A DNA stretch of 64,000 bases from a virus, in the IMG/VR virus record IMGVR_UViG_3300046543_000451, positions 5,376 through 69,375 of that record. One strand, given 5' to 3'. The notes under the pieces were generated by a model. The model had not been told where the DNA came from and did not search any database. It saw only the letters and a program-made list of their open reading frames with translations. Below, piece after piece: positions 54,250 through 62,700 of this stretch. Positions within the stretch are counted from its first letter, which is position 1, and every line of letters begins with the position of its first letter. Position numbers and translations under genes: made by a program.

Positions 54250-54372
54250 GTGACACTGCGGCGGGGACATCAGAGTGACAGTGGACACCACCCCCTTTAG
54301 GGGGTGTCACTGTGTCACTGTCCCCGGGTGACAGTATTAGTGACACTGTCACTGACTGTCACCAAGTGTCAT
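54250..54372. repeat. Cluster of GTGACA/TGTCAC hexamers around a CACCCCCT/AGGGGGTG palindrome (candidate origin or packaging site)
   Basis: GTGACA at 54250, 54275, 54328, 54340; TGTCAC at 54305, 54313, 54347, 54357; near-copies in between. Confidence 0.82.
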
Positions 54373-55752
54373 TGGGAGCCTCTCCCATTTGCTCGAAGGA
54401 AGCCGGTTGAACATCCTGCCCGAGTAGCGGTACAGAACCCGTTTCACGCTCGGAACGGAGTAGAGAACGATCTTCGACAACTCCTCGACGGTCAGGTTGG
54501 AGCCGTCCAGAGCGTCATAGATCAACTCCCGAAGACGGACCGGCTCGGCACGCTCGGTGACACTGTCCTCGACTGTCTCTACGACCTCGTCCCGGTGGAA
54601 CGTGATGTGCTCGTAGATGCCGCTCTCGGGGGCCGGCGGGTCGTAGCTGATCTTCACCGCCTGCGGCTCGACCTTGCCGAGCAGGGCATCGGGCTTGGTG
54701 TTCTTCATCACGATGACCCGCTCGCCGATCCCCTCGGACTGGGCGTACAGGCTGTACGAGCCGCGGGCGTTGTCGCGCTTGCGGACGGCTCCGAACTCGC
54801 GCTCGGCACCGCCCTTGATGTTCGCGCCGGTCACGTGGTCGATGAGGATGTTGGTCGTCCCGAACGAGCGGAGGATTTCGTACAGCTCGTCGACCGGGGC
54901 GTTGATGTTGTCGCCGTGGTCACGAGTCGCTCGGCCGACGGGGCTCACGACCACCAGTTCGATCGCGTTGGCGGCGACGTAGTTGCCGATCTCGTCCGCC
55001 ACGTCATACAGGGGCCGGGCCATCCGCTTGTAGTGGTACGCCGCCGCCAGATCGACGCGGTAGGCGTTGCGGATCGCGTAGAGCCGGACCTGCTCCTCCT
55101 CCTTGCCCTCGTCCCAGTCGAGGACCAGCGAGCAGTACGGTCGCGACGGCATCCAGCCCGGGACGATCTCGTGACCCGAGCAGGCCGCCACGATCAAGCC
55201 GTCGACCAGCGTCGTCTTGCCGGCGCTGCCCGGGCCGAAGATCGACATCGTCCGGCCCTCGCGGATGCGGCCGTTGAACACGAACGGAGGCTGCTGCTCC
55301 ACGCGCTGGAAGGACATGGTCGAGAAGGTTCCGTTGTTGGCTCCGGCGTTGGCCTGCTTCGCCCGACCGATCAGGTAGACGATCCGGCGGGCCCAGTCCA
55401 GCTTCGCCCCGCCGAGCGTTTCGGTCAGGCGGGAGACGCAGGTGTTGAAGTTGGTGCCGCCGTTGGCTCCGACCGAGTGACTGAAGACCAGCCAGTCGAG
55501 GTCGCCGAAAGCGTTGACGTGGTTCGGGGCGTAGACCGTCAGGAGGGCAGCCGGGTCCTTGGCCCCGAAGTCGAGCCGCGATAGGACGAGGTGCCACGAC
55601 TTGTCCGGCGCTTCGAGGCCCCATGATCGGAAGCCGACCTTCAGGAACTCGCAGTCGGTCAGGGCATCGCCGGGGGGCGGCGTCCATGAGCCGTTCTGGA
55701 GGGCTACGGCGAGGTCGGATCGGACGGCAAGCAGGTCTTCGGCGATGGTCAT
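54349..55752 (-). CDS. RecA-fold (AAA_25/RepA-like) replicative helicase with C-terminal wHTH
   Basis: IFGPGSAGKT, LVLDWDE, ILIDH, FGAV; follows Prim-Pol. Confidence 0.82.
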   Translation of the reverse strand: MTIAEDLLAVRSDLAVALQNGSWTPPPGDALTDCEFLKVGFRSWGLEAPDKSWHLVLSRLDFGAKDPAALLTVYAPNHVNAFGDLDWLVFSHSVGANGGTNFNTCVSRLTETLGGAKLDWARRIVYLIGRAKQANAGANNGTFSTMSFQRVEQQPPFVFNGRIREGRTMSIFGPGSAGKTTLVDGLIVAACSGHEIVPGWMPSRPYCSLVLDWDEGKEEEQVRLYAIRNAYRVDLAAAYHYKRMARPLYDVADEIGNYVAANAIELVVVSPVGRATRDHGDNINAPVDELYEILRSFGTTNILIDHVTGANIKGGAEREFGAVRKRDNARGSYSLYAQSEGIGERVIVMKNTKPDALLGKVEPQAVKISYDPPAPESGIYEHITFHRDEVVETVEDSVTERAEPVRLRELIYDALDGSNLTVEELSKIVLYSVPSVKRVLYRYSGRMFNRLPSSKWERLPMTLGDSQ

Positions 55753-56531
55753 GCCGCGACGCTTTCGGCGTCGAGGGCGGACTCGATCGTCTGGTGGACC
55801 TCGTGACGCTCCAGACCGGACTCGATCCCGGCAGTCGTCAGGACCCGGCGGGCTGATGCAGCCGGGACGCCCTCCTCGACCGCCCGGCGCATGGCCCAGT
55901 AGAGGTAGTTGTTGCGGCTGCCCTCGCCGGCGCTGATGACCGAGCCCGCCAGACGGCCGAGGACGGCCACCACGTCGTCAGGGGTCGCCAAGCGCGTCGG
56001 CAGGGTCTTGCGGAGCGTGGCGGGCCGTTCTAGGAGCCCACGGAGCCAATCCGGGGCCTCCGGCAACTCCAGCCGGTCCGGCAGGTAGCTCCAGCGGTAC
56101 ATCTGATCGGTGAAGGACGGGCAGACGAGGATGAAGCCGCCGCGGGACTTCAGCTCCCCGATGTGCTTCCCGTCGAGGTACAGGTAGCGCGTCCCGTCGA
56201 CCCCGGTCGGCTTGGTCAGGATGTGCCAGCCGCCGCGGCCGGTCGAGGCCAGCGGAGCCTCGGTGACCGCCGTGTGCTCCTCGGCGTACTTCGCGAAGTC
56301 CTCGACGTGGTCGACCTCGATGTCCCATGCGTCGAACGACTCGCCGCAGACAAGGCCCATGTTCCGCTCGGGATCGCCGAAGTACTGCTCGATCATCGAG
56401 GAGTCGGTCGTGGCGTCTTTCTGCCAGCCGGCGAACATCGGTCGCTTCTCACCGGCCCAGACGGGGAATGATCTCCAGCCTGCGCGAGCGTAGAACTGAG
56501 CCCATGCGATAGAAGGGTTGGGCTGCTGCAT
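55749..56531 (-). CDS. Bifunctional primase-polymerase (Prim-Pol) with PriCT-like tail
   Basis: YARAGW..FP....KRP, ATTD, NMGL.CG...WDIE, TGRGGWH, GGFILVCPS, EGSRNN.L. Confidence 0.9.
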   Translation of the reverse strand: MQQPNPSIAWAQFYARAGWRSFPVWAGEKRPMFAGWQKDATTDSSMIEQYFGDPERNMGLVCGESFDAWDIEVDHVEDFAKYAEEHTAVTEAPLASTGRGGWHILTKPTGVDGTRYLYLDGKHIGELKSRGGFILVCPSFTDQMYRWSYLPDRLELPEAPDWLRGLLERPATLRKTLPTRLATPDDVVAVLGRLAGSVISAGEGSRNNYLYWAMRRAVEEGVPAASARRVLTTAGIESGLERHEVHQTIESALDAESVAA

Positions 56532-56660
56532 GACGGGACCCTCGGTGACAGGTTGAGGGCGAGTTGGGGGATCAAGGGTCACCGCCTCGATCCCCCGCCC
56601 TCGCGTAGGCGGCCCGACCGTCGCCGGGGTGACGCTTACGTTACAACCGGATGTCAACGA

Positions 56661-56969
56661 TCATTGCGGCAGCAACGGCATCGGCTCGTGGACCGAGGGA
56701 TGCTCGGAGTGCCACGCGAGGGCGGCGTCAATCCGAGCATCGGACTCGTCACGCATGATCTTCGCCCGCCGGGCCTCGATGGCGGCGAGGTGAACCGAGT
56801 TCAGGTGCTGGCCGCAATAACCCTTGCCGTCGACCGTGCCGATCCCCCAGTGGTCACACTGGCGGTTCTCGTCGAGCATGGACGAGCACTGGCCGATCGC
56901 GACTCGGCGGGCCTTCTCGCAGGCGGCCTTGGACGTGAACTCGCAGACGCTGTGGCCCTTGTGCGCCAC
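56661..56969 (-). CDS. Cys/His-rich hypothetical protein
   Basis: C...QC...YCGQH. Confidence 0.65.
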   Translation of the reverse strand: MAHKGHSVCEFTSKAACEKARRVAIGQCSSMLDENRQCDHWGIGTVDGKGYCGQHLNSVHLAAIEARRAKIMRDESDARIDAALAWHSEHPSVHEPMPLLPQ

Positions 56970-57391
56970 TAGACCTCGATCCGCCCCTCGCGGATGCCGC
57001 GGATGAACTCGTCCACGAAGAACTGGTCCATGTCGAGGTGCTCGGCGAAATCCCGGCCTGCCTTGGGCGCCGTTGGACCACCGGAGCCGTAGGCGAACAG
57101 GCCGCTAGCCGCATGACCGAAGTACATCGTGCCGGGCACTCCGGGCTTCGCGACGTGGAGGGTGGTGCTCGTGGTACTCAGCGTGTAGCCGCTCACGGTG
57201 CCCGAGAAGACGTCTGAGGCACCGTCCGAGATGGTCAGCGTCTCGCCGAGGAGCCCGGAGTGGACGCCGGGGATCGTGATGGTCGCGTCACCTGATCCGC
57301 CAAGACCGTAGTTGATGCTGAAGTCATCAGGCGGGATGGCCGTCATCGACCCGGCGGTGATCTTGAAGTCCTTGGCCGTGATCTTCTTCAT
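56969..57391 (-). CDS. Hypothetical protein sharing its C-terminal motif with its neighbour
   Basis: Ends DMDQFFVDEFIRGIREGRIEV. Confidence 0.72.
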   Translation of the reverse strand: MKKITAKDFKITAGSMTAIPPDDFSINYGLGGSGDATITIPGVHSGLLGETLTISDGASDVFSGTVSGYTLSTTSTTLHVAKPGVPGTMYFGHAASGLFAYGSGGPTAPKAGRDFAEHLDMDQFFVDEFIRGIREGRIEV

Positions 57392-57705
57392 ACCTCGATC
57401 CGGCCTTCCCGCATCCCCCGGACGAAGTCGTCGATGAAGAACCGGTCGAGATCGAAGTCGTCGGTCGGCACGACCTTCACACGGCCGCTGAACGAGCCAG
57501 TGACGGCTCCTGCCACCCTCATCGTCCCGGCCGTTCCAGTCGGGGGATCGGTGTACTCGTAGGTGAACGTGACCGTGTCGCCGTTCATCACCGTGATGGG
57601 GTCCGAGAAGACGATCTCGGTCGTCGCGGTCCCGGTCAAGCCGGTGAGGCTCCAGTCGATCTTGTCGCTGACGTCCTTGCCATCGACGTAGGTCTTCAGG
57701 CTCAT
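57388..57705 (-). CDS. Hypothetical protein sharing its C-terminal motif with its neighbour
   Basis: MSLKTYVDG...; ends DLDRFFIDDFVRGMREGRIEV. Confidence 0.72.
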   Translation of the reverse strand: MSLKTYVDGKDVSDKIDWSLTGLTGTATTEIVFSDPITVMNGDTVTFTYEYTDPPTGTAGTMRVAGAVTGSFSGRVKVVPTDDFDLDRFFIDDFVRGMREGRIEV

Positions 57706-57905
57706 CCGACTTTCCTCACGACGAAGGTGGGCGAGACGTACTCGTGGGGGTTCTTGCGGTTCGGAGCCGGGCGGTAGGTGCCGTATTCCTCGTCGAAGGC
57801 GCATTCCGGGCAATACAGCGTCCCGCGGAAGACCTCTGGCCGGTGGGTCTCGCGGCCACAGCGGCACTTGAAGGGTCGTTCGCCGCGGATTTCGGGGTGG
57901 CTCAC
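57702..57905 (-). CDS. Small zinc-binding protein
   Basis: CRCG...YCPEC. Confidence 0.6.
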   Translation of the reverse strand: MSHPEIRGERPFKCRCGRETHRPEVFRGTLYCPECAFDEEYGTYRPAPNRKNPHEYVSPTFVVRKVG

Positions 57906-57978
57906 GCCGGGATACTCCAGTAAGCCTTCGCGACACGAAGGCAAGCAGACCCGCTCGCTGGGGAGTATCGCATGGATG

Positions 57979-58269
57979 TCAAGTTCGCTCCCTCACCTTG
58001 TCGATGAACGATTGCAGGACGTCGTCAGGACGGGTGTAGGTGAAGGTCGGGGACCACTCTGGAATCAGGCAAGCCTCGCCAACCTCGTCGAAGGCCGAGG
58101 ACGTGACCTTCATCACGACACTAGCAAAGCGGTCCCGATCCATCTGGATGTCGACCACCTCGGCGTCCTCGGGCCAGTCCGACGTGAGCGCCGACATCGG
58201 GTGACCCGCGAACATGCGCGATAGCAATGAGGGATGCAGGCGCACGATCACGATCCGGTTCTCGTTCAT
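57979..58269 (-). CDS. Hypothetical protein
   Basis: ATGA coupling. Confidence 0.65.
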   Translation of the reverse strand: MNENRIVIVRLHPSLLSRMFAGHPMSALTSDWPEDAEVVDIQMDRDRFASVVMKVTSSAFDEVGEACLIPEWSPTFTYTRPDDVLQSFIDKVRERT

Positions 58270-58532
58270 CTCAGGACGATGATCGCGGTGTTCCGGTCGA
58301 GGTCGAAGTCGACGGTCGAGACGAGGCCGCGGGTGTCCTTGTCGACGGTGACGGACTCGCCCTGCTGGGGCAGCCGCCAGCCCGCCGGCCAGTTGACCTC
58401 CTGTTCGATGCCCGGATCGTTCCAGACCTGCTTGAAGCTGATGATGACCTTGGTGGCCGTGCGGAGCGGAACGTACTGCTCTCGTTCGAGCAGGAGCGAA
58501 CCGGTCTCGGTCGCCGGTCGGCCCTTAGCCAT
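58266..58532 (-). CDS. Hypothetical protein
   Basis: MAKGRPATETG... Confidence 0.6.
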   Translation of the reverse strand: MAKGRPATETGSLLLEREQYVPLRTATKVIISFKQVWNDPGIEQEVNWPAGWRLPQQGESVTVDKDTRGLVSTVDFDLDRNTAIIVLR

Positions 58533-58731
58533 CGACCGTCTCGGTGTCGCCGGTCGTGTCGTCGAGCGGAGCATCCGTGACATCGGCCGCGAACTCGGGG
58601 GTGCCGTCGTTCGACAGCGATCCGGTGGGGTCTCCGTCGATGGCTCGCAGGGCCCGGACGGTGTCCTCGAAGACGGCCTTGACGTCCTCCGGCGCGGCTC
58701 CGTTTCCGGTGAGCGTGATCGAGTAGGTCAT
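58525..58731 (-). CDS. Hypothetical acidic protein
   Basis: AAGGAG RBS. Confidence 0.65.
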   Translation of the reverse strand: MTYSITLTGNGAAPEDVKAVFEDTVRALRAIDGDPTGSLSNDGTPEFAADVTDAPLDDTTGDTETVDG

Positions 58732-58741
58732 GTCGTTCTCC

Positions 58742-59551
58742 TTAGACCTTGACGGCGCTGACGCCGGCGCCGATGTGGACGTACTTGCCCGCGAACTTCC
58801 CAGCGGTCACCCGGACGACAGTGGCGTCCTTGCCAGCGCACTGGGCGACCTTGTGGGGAGTGCCGCACGGGGCACTCGACGGCTTGGAACCCCAGTGATA
58901 CGAGGTCCAGCTCTTGATGCACTTGCCGGCGAAGTTGGCGACCTTGACGGTGGCCCCGGCGCTGATGTGGAGGCGATAGGTGGCTGGCGGCGTGGTGACC
59001 GCCTTGGGCACCGCGTGGTCGAAGACACCGAACCAGATGCCGCTGTTCAGCTTCGCGGCGTAGCGGTGGAGGATGTAGTCGTACTCCCAGCGGCCGGTCT
59101 TGCAGATCGGATCGTCGATCCAATGCTGGCGGAGGCCGTTGACGACGCGGGTCGCCGGGTGGATGCCGATGCAGTGGTTCCCGTTGAAGGCGCCCGAGCA
59201 AGTGCTGTTGCTGAACTGGTCACTGTCGCCCTGACAGTCGACGTAGTGGCCGGTCGCGAGGAACGAGGTGAGCGCCGCCCAACCGTCACCGTCGTGGTTC
59301 GTGAACGCGACGCCCATCTTGGCTGCCGCGTGGTCGGCGTCGACCATGGACCAGCCGGGCGTGACCGGATCGGACTCCTGACTCCGCGGGATCAGGGCCC
59401 GGACCTGTCCTCCGCTCATGTTGACTTGGCCACCGGTCGCAGCGTTCGCTCCGTTGGCGACGCTCGTGGGGGTGCAGTTCTGGTCCTCGTAGACCGATCC
59501 GTCGAACTGCGTCCGATGTGGGTTCAGGTAGTAGCCGCCGAGCGTTGCCAT
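58742..59551 (-). CDS. Putative endolysin (C39-like cysteine peptidase)
   Basis: Q...NCTPTS.A, GNHCIGI, WIDDP catalytic pattern; basic C-terminal putative binding domain. Confidence 0.68.
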   Translation of the reverse strand: MATLGGYYLNPHRTQFDGSVYEDQNCTPTSVANGANAATGGQVNMSGGQVRALIPRSQESDPVTPGWSMVDADHAAAKMGVAFTNHDGDGWAALTSFLATGHYVDCQGDSDQFSNSTCSGAFNGNHCIGIHPATRVVNGLRQHWIDDPICKTGRWEYDYILHRYAAKLNSGIWFGVFDHAVPKAVTTPPATYRLHISAGATVKVANFAGKCIKSWTSYHWGSKPSSAPCGTPHKVAQCAGKDATVVRVTAGKFAGKYVHIGAGVSAVKV

Positions 59552-59724
59552 CAGTCGGTCTCCCTCGTTCGGGCCAAGATGCGCCGGATGTCGGCATTGG
59601 CGATCCTCTGGCCGACACTGTACCCCCGCTGGGAACCCCGATCCCAGCCCTCGACGTAGCCGAAGGCGATCCCGCCGGCGAAGGTCAGGATGGCGATGAA
59701 GGTCGCGATGCTCGGGTCGATCAC
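59551..59724 (-). CDS. Small membrane protein
   Basis: VIDPSIATFIAILTFAGGIAFGY..G...G...GY. Confidence 0.6.
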   Translation of the reverse strand: MIDPSIATFIAILTFAGGIAFGYVEGWDRGSQRGYSVGQRIANADIRRILARTRETD

Positions 59725-60215
59725 ACCCTCTCCAGTTCCACTTCGATGTCCATCAGGGAGTCCCAGTAGTCGGGGCGGTAGACGGCCACCTCCTTGCCGC
59801 GCGACCGGATGTTGGTCATCACGAAGTCGACGTCGGTGTCGTAGTGGTCGAGCTTGGCCTCCCGGCGCCACGCGGCGTTCAGGTAGGACCACGTCTCGGT
59901 CGGGATGAAGCGCTCGTGGGTCGGGTCCTGAAAGGCCCGGACCGTCTTCAGGTAGGGGTGGATGACGGTGACCTTGGCGCCGGGCCGGCAGATGCGGTGG
60001 ACCTCCTCCCAGAACATCCACCAGCCGTCCTTCTGCCAGCCCGGGCGCCAGTGCGGGATGTGCTCGACGAAGTGAGATACGTGGGCTGCCTCGACCGCCC
60101 CGGTCTCGATCGGCCACGGGAAGGTGAACAGGTCGTGGATGATGTCCGCCCCGACGAGGTCGATCCCGGTGAAGCCCTCGCGTGGCCGCTGGCCGGACGC
60201 GATGTCGAGCCTCAC
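59721..60215 (-). CDS. Class I SAM-dependent methyltransferase
   Basis: RLDIASG, GID, HDL...PWP, SHFVEHI, EVHRICRPGA, AFQDPTH. Confidence 0.88.
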   Translation of the reverse strand: MRLDIASGQRPREGFTGIDLVGADIIHDLFTFPWPIETGAVEAAHVSHFVEHIPHWRPGWQKDGWWMFWEEVHRICRPGAKVTVIHPYLKTVRAFQDPTHERFIPTETWSYLNAAWRREAKLDHYDTDVDFVMTNIRSRGKEVAVYRPDYWDSLMDIEVELERV

Positions 60216-60310
60216 CGGAACGCCAAGTAGCCGAAGGCCGCGCCGGTCAGGAGACAGGCGAACCAGAAGGCGAAGTCGTCCGCGAGCGGGTGCCGGCGGT
60301 AGCGCCTCAT
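60212..60310 (-). CDS. Tiny membrane peptide (32 aa)
   Basis: MRRYRRHPLADDFAFWFACLLTGAAFGYLAFR, coupled at both ends. Confidence 0.5.
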   Translation of the reverse strand: MRRYRRHPLADDFAFWFACLLTGAAFGYLAFR

Positions 60311-60582
60311 CGCTTCTTCCTGACCGGCTTGGGTGCTGGGCGGAACGACATCTGCGTGTCGCCGAGGTCCGGCACGGTCACGACTACCGCGCCCGGCTCG
60401 GCCATCTGCACGGGGGCCTCGCGTTCCAGTGCCGCGATGGTGCGCTGGCGGCGCTCGGCCTTGAAGGCTTCAGGCAGGGCCGGCGTGTAGACCGCGATCG
60501 GGCGGCCCAAGACCGTGACCGTGACAGGTTCGGTCAGGCGGGCAAAGGTCCGCCTGAACTCGGAGCTGGAGAGAGTCTTCAC
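60307..60582 (-). CDS. Phd/YefM-like antitoxin-fold DNA-binding protein
   Basis: VKTLSSSEFRRTFARL..PVTVTVLGRPIAVYTP; AAGGAG RBS. Confidence 0.65.
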   Translation of the reverse strand: MKTLSSSEFRRTFARLTEPVTVTVLGRPIAVYTPALPEAFKAERRQRTIAALEREAPVQMAEPGAVVVTVPDLGDTQMSFRPAPKPVRKKR

Positions 60583-61166
60583 GATTGCTCCTTGTCGGGC
60601 GGAATAGCCGCCGGCGTCCCGCTGGCTCCCTCGTCGCGGAGGCGGGCGACCAGCTTGTCGATGCCGTCGTTGAAGCCGCGCCAGTAGTCGGACGTGCCAC
60701 CGCCGCCCGCGAAGCGAACGTCGTCGGCTGCCACGTCCAGCCCGGACGACGCGGGGGCGGCGATGGCGTCGGCATACAACTCGGTGAACGTGTGCGGCCC
60801 ACGGAACGGGTGATCGTGGACGCCGATCTGCGGGCATTGTGTCGTGACGCCTCCCGGCTCCTCGGAAGGGCTGGCGATGGCGGCGACATTCGCGAGGAAA
60901 CGAGTCACGACGAACGCGCGGCCCTCCTTGCGGGAGAAGGCGTTGCCGCCGCACGTCTCGGCCTCGGCATCGAAGGCGTCGTCCAGCGCCTCTCGCAGCC
61001 CCGCTGGTGCCGTGGGGGCGGGGGCGAGTCTGATGCCCGCCGCGATGAGAAGGTCGGCCAGAGCCTTAGGCGTCAGGTGGCCCCAGTCACCCTCCTGTCG
61101 TTCGAGCCGCCAGAGGATCGTGACTAGCGCATCACGTTCCGCTGCCGGGACGGGCTGGTCGGTCAT
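60579..61166 (-). CDS. Mosaic hypothetical protein
   Basis: MTDQPVP..., coupled. Confidence 0.65.
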   Translation of the reverse strand: MTDQPVPAAERDALVTILWRLERQEGDWGHLTPKALADLLIAAGIRLAPAPTAPAGLREALDDAFDAEAETCGGNAFSRKEGRAFVVTRFLANVAAIASPSEEPGGVTTQCPQIGVHDHPFRGPHTFTELYADAIAAPASSGLDVAADDVRFAGGGGTSDYWRGFNDGIDKLVARLRDEGASGTPAAIPPDKEQS

Positions 61167-61514
61167 CGGACGGTCACTCCGCGCTTGTGGTCGTCGTGAT
61201 CCTCGATGGACGCCGGATCGGCCCGGAGGTAAATGCCGCTCACGGTGTGGCGACCGCAGAAGCAGCAGTGCTCGATGTCGCCCTGACCCCGGCGCGGCGA
61301 TGGTCGATCCGGCTGCTGCTCGTCCCAGCAGTCGTCGCAGATCGCGTGCGTCCAGTCACTCATTCGGCTCTCCTTCGACAGGCTCCGGGGTGGCGGGGTT
61401 GATGAGGGCGCGGAGTTCTTCCCGTCCGTCGAAGACATCGGGGTCATCCAGCCATTCACGGACGAGCCCGAGAATGCGTGGCAGCCCCGCTGGTGCCGTG
61501 GGGGCGGGGGCGAG
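60995..61514. repeat. Perfect 34-bp direct repeat in two genes
   Basis: GCAGCCCCGCTGGTGCCGTGGGGGCGGGGGCGAG at 60995-61028 and 61481-61514 (encodes LAPAPTAPAGL). Confidence 0.92.
61163..61363 (-). CDS. Small zinc-binding protein
   Basis: ICDDCW...CCFCG; AAGGAG RBS. Confidence 0.7.
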   Translation of the reverse strand: MSDWTHAICDDCWDEQQPDRPSPRRGQGDIEHCCFCGRHTVSGIYLRADPASIEDHDDHKRGVTVR

Positions 61515-61691
61515 GGCGGCGATCTCGTACCCGCGCTGGTAGAGCATCTCGATGAACCGGTCCACATCCTCACCGGAGTCGCACGAGAAGTGAGCGGCTT
61601 CCAGCGCAGCGGCGATTGCCACGCCGCGCACCCATTCCGTAGGGATGTCGGGCAGCTCCACGCTCTCGGGGGTCGGCTCGGGGTGGGTCAT
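61356..61691 (-). CDS. Mosaic hypothetical protein
   Basis: MTHPEPTPESV... Confidence 0.65.
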   Translation of the reverse strand: MTHPEPTPESVELPDIPTEWVRGVAIAAALEAAHFSCDSGEDVDRFIEMLYQRGYEIAALAPAPTAPAGLPRILGLVREWLDDPDVFDGREELRALINPATPEPVEGEPNE

Positions 61692-61783
61692 CGGAGGGCC
61701 TTCCACAGTAGGTAGGCGATGACGAACAGTTCCGCGACCGCAGCGACGGTCATCCAGAACGCTTCGTCCTTGATCGGCTTCAC
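61688..61783 (-). CDS. Tiny membrane peptide
   Basis: VKPIKDEAFWMTVAAVAELFVIAYLLWKALR; GGAGGAG RBS. Confidence 0.6.
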   Translation of the reverse strand: MKPIKDEAFWMTVAAVAELFVIAYLLWKALR

Positions 61784-62076
61784 GTCGGCTCTCCTCCGCT
61801 GGCGTCCGGGGCGAGGGCGGCACGGAGGGCTCGCCGTGCATCGACCAGCGCCCAGATGGTCCGCTCCGCCTCCCCTCCGTTGATGTGGCGCGTCACGGCG
61901 CTGTCCAGCCCCCGTGCTGCCGCCTCCACCCGTGCCCGCGCCTCCTGTTCGGCGTGGAGGGCGGCGAGGAGGACGTGACGGTCGCGGGCACGCTGCACGA
62001 GGGAGTCCTCGTCTGAGGTGTCGAAGGACCAGTAGGCCGCGTCCCGCGCCTCGATCGCTGCCAACTCGTCGGTCAT
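61780..62076 (-). CDS. Hypothetical protein
   Basis: MTDELAAIEARD... Confidence 0.65.
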   Translation of the reverse strand: MTDELAAIEARDAAYWSFDTSDEDSLVQRARDRHVLLAALHAEQEARARVEAAARGLDSAVTRHINGGEAERTIWALVDARRALRAALAPDASGGEPT

Positions 62077-62336
62077 GCCTTCCACCCTCCCCGACCGTCG
62101 GGTGACGGGACGTAGTAGATCGCCGGACGGTCAGCCGCTGGCGGATCGCTGGCGACCAGTGCCGCGATGATCTCCTCGTCGCTCCTCGGATCGTCCCCGC
62201 TGACGATGATGCTGCCCCAGACCGGAGCGTCCTCGGGGATGTCGACCCAGCGAAGACCGTCGCGCCCGGCCATGTAGCGGAACGCAGCCGCCTTCTCGGC
62301 GGCCTCATCGGCAAGCTCGTTGTAGCGGTCGGTCAT
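62073..62336 (-). CDS. Hypothetical protein
   Basis: MTDRYNELAD... Confidence 0.65.
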   Translation of the reverse strand: MTDRYNELADEAAEKAAAFRYMAGRDGLRWVDIPEDAPVWGSIIVSGDDPRSDEEIIAALVASDPPAADRPAIYYVPSPDGRGGWKA

Positions 62337-62533
62337 GCCCGGGCCACCGGGAGCTGGAGGACCACGCCCAGCGCGGCCAACTCCTGCTTGTACGTCTCGT
62401 CGCAGGCGTCCCAGCCCTTCCGCCATGCTTCCATCAGCAGCCGGCCGAGGGCGTCCTCGCGCTGCTTCATGGTCGGCGCGGTGAACACGGCCACTCCGTC
62501 GTCGAGGTCAAAGGGAAACTCCTCGTCGGTCAT
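62333..62533 (-). CDS. Hypothetical protein
   Basis: MTDEEFPFDL... Confidence 0.65.
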   Translation of the reverse strand: MTDEEFPFDLDDGVAVFTAPTMKQREDALGRLLMEAWRKGWDACDETYKQELAALGVVLQLPVARA

Positions 62534-62700
62534 CGCCGTGTCGACCCGATGGCAGCGTTGATCGACAAGATGGCCTCCCACGCGGCAACGGCGTACATCC
62601 ACGACGGGCCGTGCGTGATCGCGATGGCGAGACACAGGCCAGAGATGCAGGCGAGGACGAAGGCCCCGAAGACCAAGAGCGCGGCGGAGTTGTCGGTCAT
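62530..62700 (-). CDS. Small two-TM membrane protein
   Basis: MTDNSAALLVFGAFVLACISGLCLAIAI... Confidence 0.65.
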   Translation of the reverse strand: MTDNSAALLVFGAFVLACISGLCLAIAITHGPSWMYAVAAWEAILSINAAIGSTRR

